Source of the DNA: Macrostomum hystrix
Lineage: Eukaryota; Animalia; Platyhelminthes
Length of the DNA: 64,000 nt
Reading direction: 5' to 3'
NCBI GenBank assembly: GCA_950097015.1
Contig: CATNEN010000025.1
Location: 8,990,001 to 9,054,000, forward strand
In this document: positions 12,201 through 24,200 of the stretch, piece after piece
Layout: every line of letters starts with the position of its first letter
Numbering within the stretch: position 1 is the stretch's first letter
Notes under the pieces: generated by a model
The model's input: the letters and a program-made list of their open reading frames with translations, nothing else
What the model was told of the DNA's origin: nothing
Databases searched by the model: none
Made by a program: the position numbers and the translations under genes

Positions 12201-15200
12201 TATTACTACCTAGGTACCTAGATTTGAACTCCCAGCTGCTAACTTCTGGCTCCTAAATAATGTTTCTTTTTGTCTTTTCTAGCCCTAACAAAAGAAAAAT
12301 TATCATTTTGAAATCTGTCGCTCATTGAAACAGCCAGATTGTCTCCCCTAGAATTTGAATACCCGACCCTACCGGCTTCTTGATTTACAACCGCCCACTC
12401 TTTAAACAAACATTAAGAAAAACTCCCGAAACATACCACCCCGCTCACTTTAGCGGGTTGGTATACCCCCTAAATAGAAGCCGGTATAGCTAAACTCCCG
12501 AAACCAAGCATAGAGAACATGTAAGATAAGCAAGTTTGCGAAAAGTAGGTGCGAACCCTAGTTTGCGGCAGTTATTACGAAAATATTTCATGCGAAAATT
12601 CGTACTAGGGGAGTTTCACCCCACTAAGTATGTTTTTGGATTTTGATTTGTTTATATGAGTTTTTAAGAGGGTTTGGCGCCGAGATGGCCTTTTTGATTT
12701 GAAACCGCCTTCCCTCCCTTAAAGAAACATAGAATTTCCCATGGCATACCACCCCGCTCACTTTAGCGGGTTGGTGCCCCTCCTAAGTTAGAAGTTGTCC
12801 TAAATTGAACTCCCACAGACCCACCAATATGAACAAGATAAGGCAAAGGTGCCATGCATGATGTGGTGCGAATAAAAGTAAAATGCTCTTTGAGAAAAGA
12901 AGGTGCATGCCCTAGATTGCTACAATTAGATAGGCATCTCATGCGAAAAAGTACTAGGGGAATTTCACCCCACTAGGTATGTTTTTGGGTTTCTGGCTAA
13001 ATTATAAGAATTTTTATGAGATTTTTGTGCCAAGGCGGCTTTGATGAAAAAGGAAGGCATGCACAATAGGAGAAAAGGAGCAAAAAGTGTAACAGAATGG
13101 GGGATCGCTTCCCCAACGAGGTCTCCAGTGGGGCTCGGTCGCCTAGCACGGCCGGGTGAGTGCTTCGGGGCACCCGCAGCGGGAGCTACCTTTCCCTAGC
13201 CTGGGTCGTGGCCGTTGGTATTTACCTGCGCAGCAGCGGACCTCAGGCGGTCGGCGAATGAGGCATATGATTCGCCTCGGTCCTGCCTCAGGTTGCGCCC
13301 GCTGAGGGGCCGGGCATAGGGGGTGCAGGCGCCGCTGAGGGCCTCGGTCAGGTCCTGCACGAACCGGAAATAGGTCACGCGGCGCGGCAGGGTCATCGCT
13401 TGGGTTAGGGGTTCACCGCCTAGGTGGGCCAGCAGGGTGAGGATTTTCTCCTCTTCTGTTTCCAAGCCCTCAGCCTCAACCTTCAGGTTAAACCGGCGCA
13501 GCCAGCGGGGAAAAGAGTCTGCTGCCGATTCGAATGGTTCCAGGGCAACTTTCACCCTGTGAGTTCTTGCTCGACGCGGCTCTAGACGCTCCATCAGGGA
13601 GGCTAGGCGCTCGATGGGGTCCCCTTGATTGGCGGCTGCAGCTGCTGCTGCCGCTGGGGGATCGGCGCGCGCTGCGGCAGCAGCGCGGCCTCTAGGTGGG
13701 CGGGGGGCGCCGATGGCCTCGACGACCTCATCCTCCTGGTCGGACATTTTCGGCCAAAAGAGAAAATGAGGGTTTTGCGAATTGAAAAGGGGTGTTTGTC
13801 GCTAATGCAACAATGGGGAAGGAGAGAAAGGGGAGGCACGGATCACGACCGGGGGTCGTGCGAGAGGGAAAGAGAAAGGCCTGAGTTGTCAAATCCAGCC
13901 CTAATTAATGGCGAGCAAATTCCTTATTCCTAGCAAACAATCCTACAGCAAAAAATGAGATCAAAGATCAATGAGAGAGAAAAAAAAGGCCCAGGGCCCT
14001 GGCTAGCTTTGCTTCCAGCCTTGGCTACCGACAACTGCTTGCGCGCACTTAAGTCTGGGACATAGAAGTCTAGGTTTTAACTTAGCACTCATTCAGCAAC
14101 CCTATAGCAGACTGTTACACTATAGGTACGGCGGGGCCAGTACTACTGCAAGCTGGCGCCTGCAGCAGCCTATCTCCCTACCGTGGAAAGTACGCGACTC
14201 AAAAAGTCATTCAAAGAAGGCTAATCCCCGATTCGCTCAGAGGGCCCTTCCCGGTTGGGATGGCCGGGGGCTTCGCCTCCGCGATTTACGAGGCTGGGGA
14301 TCCCAGGAATTATACATCTGAGACCTCGCTCGGTTAGGGGTCCGTGGCTTAGAGCCCGGTTTCTCCGTTTAGACCATCCCTCAGAGAGTTTCTTAGAAAA
14401 GACGCGCCGACCGAATTCTAGCCCATACTTGAAGTAGGCAGCTTCGAGAGGCGGGCACGGGGGTCGCTAGACCTCCCTCAAAGTCCCACCTCCCTAACTG
14501 TTCCCCACCAAAGTCAGACTTGGTCAAAGTTATGTGACACTTTCAAAATCAGGTACACGTAAGCAGGCCTGCATGCTACCCAAGAGAACCAATCCCCGGT
14601 GCTCGGCGAGTCATCGATTCCCGGCTGCATTGCCGGGGGCTCCCCTCGCTCGGTTAGAAGGCCGAACGGCGTTGCCCGGTCCCTCGTTAAGAATGGCCCC
14701 TCCCAGATCAGTCACGCGGGAAAACCCCACAGACAGTCCCTGACTCCTGCAGCAGCCACATAACCCGAAGACACTCTAGCATGAAGTCCGCTCACACAGC
14801 CTACTCTTAGTAGAAAGTCACTAATCGGAAATTTTGGAAATCCTAACAAAATCCTTACATTAAAGTCCGAATCAAATTGAAACTGTTCAAAGAAAATTAA
14901 TTGACAGTTACTCGAACTGAAGTCCAGTCTCTAGAGATAAGATTTAGGCGTACGGAAGATGAAATCTAGAAGAAGCCCTTACGGCTAACTACCACAGAAA
15001 TCTGCGGCGCTAATCTAACAATTGAAAAAAATTCAAGTTCGTTTCGCGCCCTTTCTAGATCCCACCTCGATGCCACCATTGAAATAGTGCGGGTCTTTTG
15101 CTAGCCGATGACCGCCCTCATGAAAGATAGGAGTGTGGAAAACGACGATAGAGTCGGAGGTCGATCGCTGCTGCCGCGAGCTGTCGCAGAGAGGGATGAC

Positions 15201-18200
15201 GAAGGGAGGGATGAAGGGAGAGATGAAGGGAGAGATGAGGCGGTACAAAGGATGCAAGTGAGTGGTCCTATTGGCCTCAGGCTGGCCAGTCCCACCCAAC
15301 CCATAGGCCACAGGCATGACTGCCGTGCCCACCCCAAGCAGTGCTCGAAACCGGCTAAAAGTCTAAATAGATGTCGGACTACCCGCAAGCGAATAGGACA
15401 GGGCTAGATAGCCTACTGTCATCAGTAGCATGTTCGTAACTGACTCCTAACTTTGGTAGCAGTGGTCGACTCGGCCTAGGCTCTTGTCTTAGAAATGCGG
15501 AAAGGCTATCGGCAAAGCGGATAATGATCGAAGGTAGCGCCACCACCCAATGCGCCTACGTTGCCACCGCAGACATTTGGGAACTTGGGTCCCCGGAGCT
15601 CGCAGCTCCCAGTTTGTCACACAGATCTTAGACAAGCCGAAAAATAGAGCATTCTGTAACTTCCGTTTTAGACTAGGGTGAGCACCCCAGAATGGATCGA
15701 GTCACGCCTCACAAGGGGATTCCTGAAACTGCGCTACAGTGGTCTAGGAAGGTGGTACTCCGAACCCGAATGAGAAATCCATAGCCAGAATCCTACTCAT
15801 GAGACATTAGACACATTCCGTACATTAGACTGCAGCCTACTCATTAGATAACTAGCAAGCCGATTCTGTGTGAGTTGAGGAGAACAGAGGCAGGAGAGAT
15901 TAAGCTGAACACTGGCTGAGTGATTATGCAAGCAGGAAATTATTAGATCACGCCTCTCGCTCCCATGGCCGCGGTTGCGAAAGGCGGGGAAAAGAGGGAG
16001 AATTCAAATTGGCAAAGGAACTTGACGCATACACTGGAACCCGCCGAGAGAGTGAGGAAAGCCGGCCAAGGAATCCCCCACCTCGTAGGCAGAAATGCAC
16101 ACGCTACATCCCGCATTTAGCTCGCAAATCCCTAGCTCCATATTACTCTCATGCGTGCTCACAGTAGCCTTCTTGCCGCAGCTTTCAGCTCGGCCTCGCC
16201 AGAGCCCATTCCCCTAGTGAATTAGCCACTCATGATTGAGGGCTGTCTAATGATACAATAAAGGGGAAATAACAGCATGATAGAAAGTGATTTAAATTGT
16301 TACTAAATTGCCTAATAGTTAAATGATTGGCGACTAAGATGAATAATAGTTTATTAGGCTAGAATCAAATCCCTGCCCTCGCCCCGATTGCCCACTAGCT
16401 AAGTAATAAATCCCTTAGGGATAGCAATAAGAGTCCGCTACGCGGGTTACTTATCTGATTGCTGACTGACTTCACTGCAGGCCGTCGATCTCGCGGGGGA
16501 ATGCAAATGAACAGGGGAATAGGTGAGGAATTGCTGAGTGCAGTTGGCAAGGGGCCAGACTGCAGGGAGCTCAAGGCTCAATTTGGAGCGCACCCAAGGA
16601 GGTGGCTTGCGCTTAGGGGCACTAGCAGGTAGTTGCCTGCTGCTATGATCTGGAGCCTTAGGCTCAGGGACTAGGTGCTAGCCTAGAAGGGGGAGAGTCC
16701 ACGGACCGAGTTCCGGGACCAGACAGGAAGGGGGTAGGTTTTAGTCCAGGGTGGAGGGAAGGTTCCCCTAGGGGCAGCGCAGCGCGCTCTCTTAAATAGT
16801 CCTGCAGCTCCGCCAACCTCGCATTCATCAAAATAACCCACATGCTCGCCGGCCTGTCAGCGAGGAATCGGGTCGGCATAATGCCACCCCAATTGCCCAC
16901 TGAAGCGGCGGCGAGAATCGCCAGATGCCCCACTAGGAGCGTCTGCCGGCAGTCGGCCAATGATTGTGATCCCGCCGGGATATGGGAAGCGCAGGCGCCG
17001 ACCTGCCTATAGTGTCGTTACATGTATCTAGAGGGGGAAAGGTCATAATCGAGCCCCGGCTCGGGTTACAGTAAAGAAGAGGGACATGAAGAATTAAAGC
17101 TCACTCTAAACGCATGAGTGCTCCCGACAATCTGATCGCGGTTTGGAGGGGAATTATGACCTAAACTAGTCCATACAGTATTGCTATTTCCGCGATCAGT
17201 CACTCCTACAGGGGACTAGACAGATCCGAGACAAAGGGAATCGGCGGCTACTTAATTCACCTCCGCCCCAAGTCTGGCCCTAAGATTAATGATGGTGTTC
17301 TGCGGCCAGCTGCTATGTGGGTCGCGATTATTAACTTGCTAAAAATGGAAAAATTTGGCTGGCTCACAACCCCACTCGATTCCGAAGTACACTCCACATC
17401 ATAATTTATTATTTAACGGAAAACTTGTTGGAACATTTTGGATTTCGAAGTATTAATTAGATGATGCCAGTCAGATACAATGTAAAATATTTATTGTAAC
17501 TTTCGCACCCTGCTACTGAAACCAGCAGTAAGGCTTGCACACTAATCCAACTCAAACAGCGACGCAACAGGACCAGCGCTCTGCAAGAGCTGCTGAATCT
17601 GGCGCGTGCCGATTGGCTGACACTGCCAACAGTCGCCTCGGCTGGTCGAGCCGCTGAGGACTTGGATAGCGACTGGATCCAGTGCCGCCAGGCCCTAAGC
17701 CGGATCCGCCCGAACTCTGGACAGTTTAGGGACTTGTTGAAGGCGAGTTCCGCTTGCTGTGCCGCTAATTTCTAAGAAATGTGGCTCTTCCGAAGTTTTT
17801 ATAGTAACTTGAGTGCGAGTCACATTGGTGTGAGTTACCTTGGTGTGAGTTACCTTGGTGTGAGTCTCCTTGGTGTGAGTTACCTTGGTGTGAGTCTCCT
17901 TGGTGTGAGTCTCCTTGGTGTGAGCAAGGACCACTAGTAGATAGTATCTACTTGAGTAGTCCGTGGGTGTGAGTCACATCGGAGTGAGTCTCCTTGGTGT
18001 GAGTTACCTTGGTGTGAGTCACCTTGGTGTGAGTCTCCTTGGTGTGAGTTACCTTGGTGTGAGTCACCTTGGTGTGAGTCTCCTTGGTGTGAGTTACCTT
18101 GGTGTGAGTCTCCTTGGTGTGAGTCACCTTGGTGTGAGTTACCTTGGTGTGAGTTACCTTGGTGTGAGTCTCCTTGGTGTGAGTCACCTTGGTGTGAGTT

Positions 18201-21200
18201 ACCTTGGTGCGAGTCACATTGGTGTGAGTTACCTTGGTGTGAGTTACCTTGGTGTGAGTCACCTTGGTGTGAGTCACCTTGGTGTGAGTTACCTTGGTGT
18301 GAGTTACCTTGGTGTGAGTCACCTTGGTGTGAGTTACCTTGGTGTGAGAAGTTTTAAGAAGTTTTACTGTGAAGCTTGTAAGTTGTGCATTGAATCAATC
18401 CAAATCTCTTTCACCTGCAGAAACAGATCGTGGATAAAATCGGAACGGTAGTGATCGATGGCAAGGAACACTATAACTTTTCGTTCAGCGTCAATCACAT
18501 GTACTCGGAGCAGGACCCGGAGGTAGGTATTGAGTTGGACAATGCACCGAGAAATTCGGAAATGCACAATCTTTCAGAAAAAGACATAACTTAAACATTC
18601 TGTAACATTATTTGTGTTCTTTTTCAGACCAAGAAGAACATTAAAGAGATGAAGGATGTAAAGATGCTTCTAGCAAATTTGCTTTCTTTCGTTTGCTATT
18701 TTCAAAGGCTTAAAGTGCATGCAAATTTTTCGCATTTTTCATTTCGTTTCTTAAAAGATTGACATTGAACACAAGTTAGCGCCGTTGGCATGCTTCGTTT
18801 TGAAAATCATTTACTATAAATAGCAATGCTTTGCCAATGCTTTGGGGAGAGATGAGACACGGGGAGAGATGAGACACGGGGAGAGATGAGACACGGGGAG
18901 AGATGAGACACGGGGAGAGATGAGACACGGGGAGAGATGAGACACGGGGAGAGATGAGACACGGGGAGAGATGAGACACGGGGAGAGATGAGACACGGGG
19001 AGAGATGAGACACGGGGAGAGATGAGACACGGGGAGAGATGAGACACGGCAGAGATGAGGCACAGGAGATAAGACCTGGGAGAGATGAGACACAGAGTGA
19101 AGAGGTTAGAGTGGGCCAGGGGCTGTGTAGAGTAGCCTGGGTGTTGCGTTTAACTCACCCCTTATGTAACGAGTTGCAAAATTGTTTTAGTTCGCGAGCT
19201 GGACTGCTCAGAGAGGCTACGTCATGGCATCAGCAGCCGGAAGCAGGCACAAAAGGCATTTTCGAGAATTCATGAACGAGCTAAACCTCACAGTGGTCAC
19301 CGTCATCGACCCGCCGTTTAGCTTCGAGCGTGACTTCGATGACAAAGGCCGATTGCTGCATGGCAATGATCGGTGGACCGGATTCTCAATTGAACTGTTT
19401 AAACAGGTGGCCATTGTACTCAATTTGACGTGAGCACTTTCAGATATCTATTCTGTATAATTGAGTACTCGTACCGTACGCTCCCAGTATATATGAGTCC
19501 AGTACCGTACACTCCCAGTATAGATGAGTCCAGTACCGTACACTCCCAGTATAGATGAGTCCAGTACCGTACGCTCCCAGTATAGATGAGTCCAGTACCG
19601 TACGCTCCCAGTATAGATGAGTCCAGTACCGTACACTCCCAGTATAGATGAGTCCAGTACCGTACACTCCCAGTATAGATGAGTCCAGTACCGTACACTC
19701 CCAGTATAGATGAGTCCAGTACCGTACGCTCCCAGCATAGATGAGTCCAGTACCGTACACTCCCAGCATAGATGAGTCTAGTACCGTACACTCCCAGTAT
19801 AGATGAGTCCAGTACCGTACACTCTCAGCATAGATGAGTCCAGTACCGTACACTCCCAGCATAGATGAGTCCAGTACCGTACACTCCCAGCATAGATGAG
19901 TCCAGTACCGTACACTCCCAGTATAGATGAGTCCAGTACCGTACACTCCCAGTATAGATGAGTCCAGTACCGTACGCTCCCAGTATAGATGAGTCCAGTA
20001 CCGTACACTCCCAGTATAGATGAGTCCAGTACCGTACACTCCCAGTATAGATGAGTCCAGTACCGTACACTCCCAGTATAGATGAGTCCAGTACCGTACA
20101 CTCCCAGCATAGATGAGTCCAGTACCGTACGCTCCCAGCATAGATGAGTCCAGTACCGTACACTCCCAGCATAGATGAGTCTAGTACCGTACACTCCCAG
20201 TATAGATGAGTCCAGTACCGTACACTCTCAGCATAGATGAGTCCAGTACCGTACACTCCCAGCATAGATGAGTCCAGTACCGTACACTCCCAGCATAGAT
20301 GAGTCCTGTACCGTACACTCCCAGCATAGATGAGTCCAGTACCGTACACTCCCAGCATAGATGAGTCCAGTACCGTACGCTCCCAGCATAGATGAGTCCA
20401 GTACCGTACACTCCCAGCATAGATGAGTCCAGTACCGTACACTCCCAGCATAGATGAGTCCTGTACCGTACACTCCCAGCATAGATGAGTCCAGTACCGT
20501 ACACTCCCAGCATAGATGAGTCCAGTACCGTACACTCCCAGCATAGATGAGTCCAGTACCGTACACTCCCAGCATAGATGAGTCCTGTAGCATTTACCGA
20601 ACGCAAAAAAGTACTCCGGCACTCGCACCTTCCAGCTACACAATCCGAGTGAGCTCAGACGGTCAGTTCGGCTCACCGATAGAAACAGACTCAGGTGAGC
20701 AGGTCTGGTCAGGAACTGTTGGCGACCTCATGGCTGGCACTGCGGATGTGGCCGTGGCCTCCTTAGTCATCACCTACGATAGAGAACGGGTGAGCACTAC
20801 AGGCAAATAGCTCTACTTTTAAGTAGTATCATATACTCATATTCTAAGATAGATAAAATAACAAATTGCTTGGACCATGCAACAATATACAGCCACAGCA
20901 ATTGCTCGGCGTTTCCAAAAATTATGTACAGCTGTTCGGTCCATGGACTGGACTGTAAACTGTAACTCATCCAAATTTCTTCCCAATAATTAAAATTAAT
21001 TGATTACACCTGCCCTAATTGGGCCAGATGTGCAGCCGGCAGCACAGCCGCAGCTATTTCGCTGCGCATCTGAAGGCTGCGTACGGCTGTTCAGTCCATG
21101 GACTGGGGGGACGCCACACCCACCTTCAATTATCCCAGCTAACGCTGGTTCCCATTTACCAGCTGGATGAAATAAAGCTACGCAGAGTTAAGTGTCTTGC

Positions 21201-24200
21201 TAAAGGACACAAATTGTTCAAGTGAGTCTGGAATCGAACCCCCGACCTTCAAGACGTGTGTCCAACGCCCTAACCACTATAGGCTACAACCTTTGATTCT
21301 TCCTTCTTCCCAAGCTATACACTGGTACCCATGGATACCCAATACTGGTACCCATGGATACCCAATACTGGTACCCAATTTAATATTTTTTTAAAAAAAA
21401 GGTGGCAACATAAGACCGATTTGAAAGCCAAGGGCCCCTAACTCACAATAAAAATGTAGGTGACCACCAAAGATGGAGACGATGTAGGCACATTCGGGTG
21501 ACATGCTGATGACTAAAAGGATTAGGCGATAAATTAAAAACGTTTATTGTACTTAGAAGTGACAAGCATTTACGCGATACCCATTGCTTACAACTGAGTT
21601 AACACCGAATCTTGTTGCTCACTGCTCGAGTAAGGTCGTGGACTTCACGACGCCTTACATGAGCCTGGGCCTGAGCGTGATCATGAAGAAGCCGGAGCAG
21701 CAGACAGACCCGCTGCAGTTCATGCTGCCATTCAGCGGTCGTGTATGGACCTGTATGTTATTAGCCTGGCTACTCACAAGCCTACTCATGCTAGTCTGTG
21801 CCAGACTGAGTCCGTACGAGTGGTATTCTCATAGCGACTGTGTGCCGGTGGTTGAGAACCAGTTTGGAGCACTGAACAGCATGTGGTTCACCATCGGCTC
21901 GCTCATGCAGCAGGGTGAGCTGCAGCTTTGCCATCCTGTTTGAGAATAGACTCAGCCTCTCAGACACCGCGCAGATGGAGACTTTGGCCGCTTCCCCGCA
22001 GGGTCCGACCTCGCCCCCAGAGCCTCCTCCACGCGGATGGTGGCCACCACATGGTGGTTCTTCACCCTGCTGCTCATCAGCTCATACACGGCTAATCTGG
22101 CTGCCTTCCTCACCACCAACCGACTGGGCACCATCGACAGCGTTGATGCCCTGGCCAGCCAGAGCAAGGTGAAATTCGGCTGCCCCACTGGAGGGGCAAT
22201 GTACAACTTCTTCAAGGTGAGTCCTGTGTGCTCAGCTTCTTCAAGGTGAGTCCTGTGTGCTCAGCTTCTTCAATGTGAGTCCTGTGTGCTCAGCTTCTTC
22301 AATGTGAGTCCTGTGTATTGAGCTTCTTCAGTTTGAGTCCTGTGTCCCAGAGTGCTCAAACTTTTTCAACGTAAATCAGCTTCTTCAGGTGAATCCTGTG
22401 TCCCATAGAGTTAAGCCACCTCAAAATAAAATTCTGCTCTAATCCCAGCTTTAATTCTATAAGAAATTTCATCAGGAGTCCTATCGTAAATCCCTGCGGG
22501 ATTCCTAATAAAATTCCCAGGAGGAATCCTGCTGAAATCCCAACAGAAATCACACCCAGCGATTCATCGGAAATTCTTGCGGTAGTTTTAGCGTAAGCCC
22601 TTATTTCGTTCAGTAATCCCACAAAGAATCCAAGCGGAAATCCCAACGGAAATCCCAACGGGAATCCCAGCGGTAATCCTAGCGGGAATCCCAACGAAAA
22701 TCCCTGCGGGAATCCCAAATGCAGTCCCAGCGGGAATCCCAAGGGTAATCCCAGTGGGAATCCCAACCGAGAATCCCAGAGCCGCTCTCCGCCGCCCGAT
22801 CGCAGAACTCGCGCATCTCGCTCTACCGCCGGATGTGGGACTCGATGCAGGCCTGGAGCGCCACCAACGAGTCCTTTGTGCGGAAGACCTCCGAGGGCAT
22901 TAGTCGGGTAAGACAGGGCGGCTACGCCTTCATCATGGAGTCCACGTTCAACAAGTACTACAGGGAGAGGGACTGCGAGCTCACCCAGATTGGCGGCCTC
23001 TTCAACCCCAGCAGCTACGCCTTTGCTGTGCCTCAGGGCAGTGAGTGACAACAAACTTTTTTATTAGGAATTTTTTGAGTCCGTCTTGAAAAAAATAAGT
23101 TACTGCAGATCCCACAGACAGTGAGTCACTCAAGATTCCATAGACGATGAGTCACTCCAGATCCCATAGACAGTGAGTCACTCCAGATCCCATAGACGAT
23201 GAGTCACTCCAGATCCCATAGACAATGAGTCACTCCAGATCTCATAGACAATGAGTCACTCCAGATCCCATAGACAATGAGTCACTCCAGATCCCATAGA
23301 CAATGAGTCACTCCAGATCCCATAGACAATGAGTCACTCCAGATCCCATAGACAATGAGTCACTCCAGATCCCATAGACAATGAGTCACTCCAGATCCCA
23401 TAGACAGTGAGTCACTCCAGATCCCATAGACAATGAGTCACTCCAGATCCCATAGACAATGAGTCACTCCAGATCCCATAGTCACCATAGACAGTGAGTG
23501 ACCTTAGATTACAGCAAAATGCAAGATTAGGAAAATTTGCCCGAAGATGTTCTGCTGCGGGACGAGCTGAGCGAAGTGATTCTGAAGCTGCACAAAGAGC
23601 AGTTCATTGAAGATCTGTCAGACGCCTGGATCAAGCGGTTCAACCAAACCGGGCCGCCCTGCAGCGAAGTTTCCGTTGACGCAGCACCATCCGGCACCCT
23701 CGATGTGGCGTCTTTTGGCGGAGTTTTTGTTGCCATGCTGGCTGGGCTGGCCATCGCTGTTGTGCTCTGCTTTGTGGAACTGCTCTGGCGCTGTGGCACC
23801 TTGGCGATGAGGACCCGGGTGAGAGACGGGTTTCGGGAGTCTTTCGGGAGACTTTTGGTCCTTCTGGCAATTTACTCTTTCGGAATTTTTATTCTCCCTT
23901 TTCAGCGAGTTGTTATAAAAAATACTAGGGCAAAAACCCTAATGGGAATCTGAACGGGAATACCAATGAAAATCTAAGCGGGAATACCAACGGATATCCC
24001 TGCGGAAATCCCAACGGAAATCCAGCGGGAATCCAAACGGAAATTTCAGCGGGGATCCCAACGGAAATCCAAGCGGTAATCCCAACGGAAATCCAGCGGG
24101 AATCCAAACAGAAATTCAGCGGCAATCCAAACGGAAATTTCAGCGGGGATCCCAACGGAAATCCAAGCGGTAATCCCAACGGAAATCCAGCGGGAATCCA

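Larger units (their letters stand above)
7925..17401 (-). mobile_element. Complete non-autonomous LTR retroelement (Ty3/gypsy-like, gag only), 9477 bp
   Basis: Direct repeats 7925-10246 and 15080-17401 at a constant 7155 offset, TG...CA termini, TSD TAAT (7921-7924, 17402-17405), PBS and PPT in expected positions, gag-like ORF inside. No protease/RT/RNaseH/integrase ORF seen. Confidence 0.92.
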
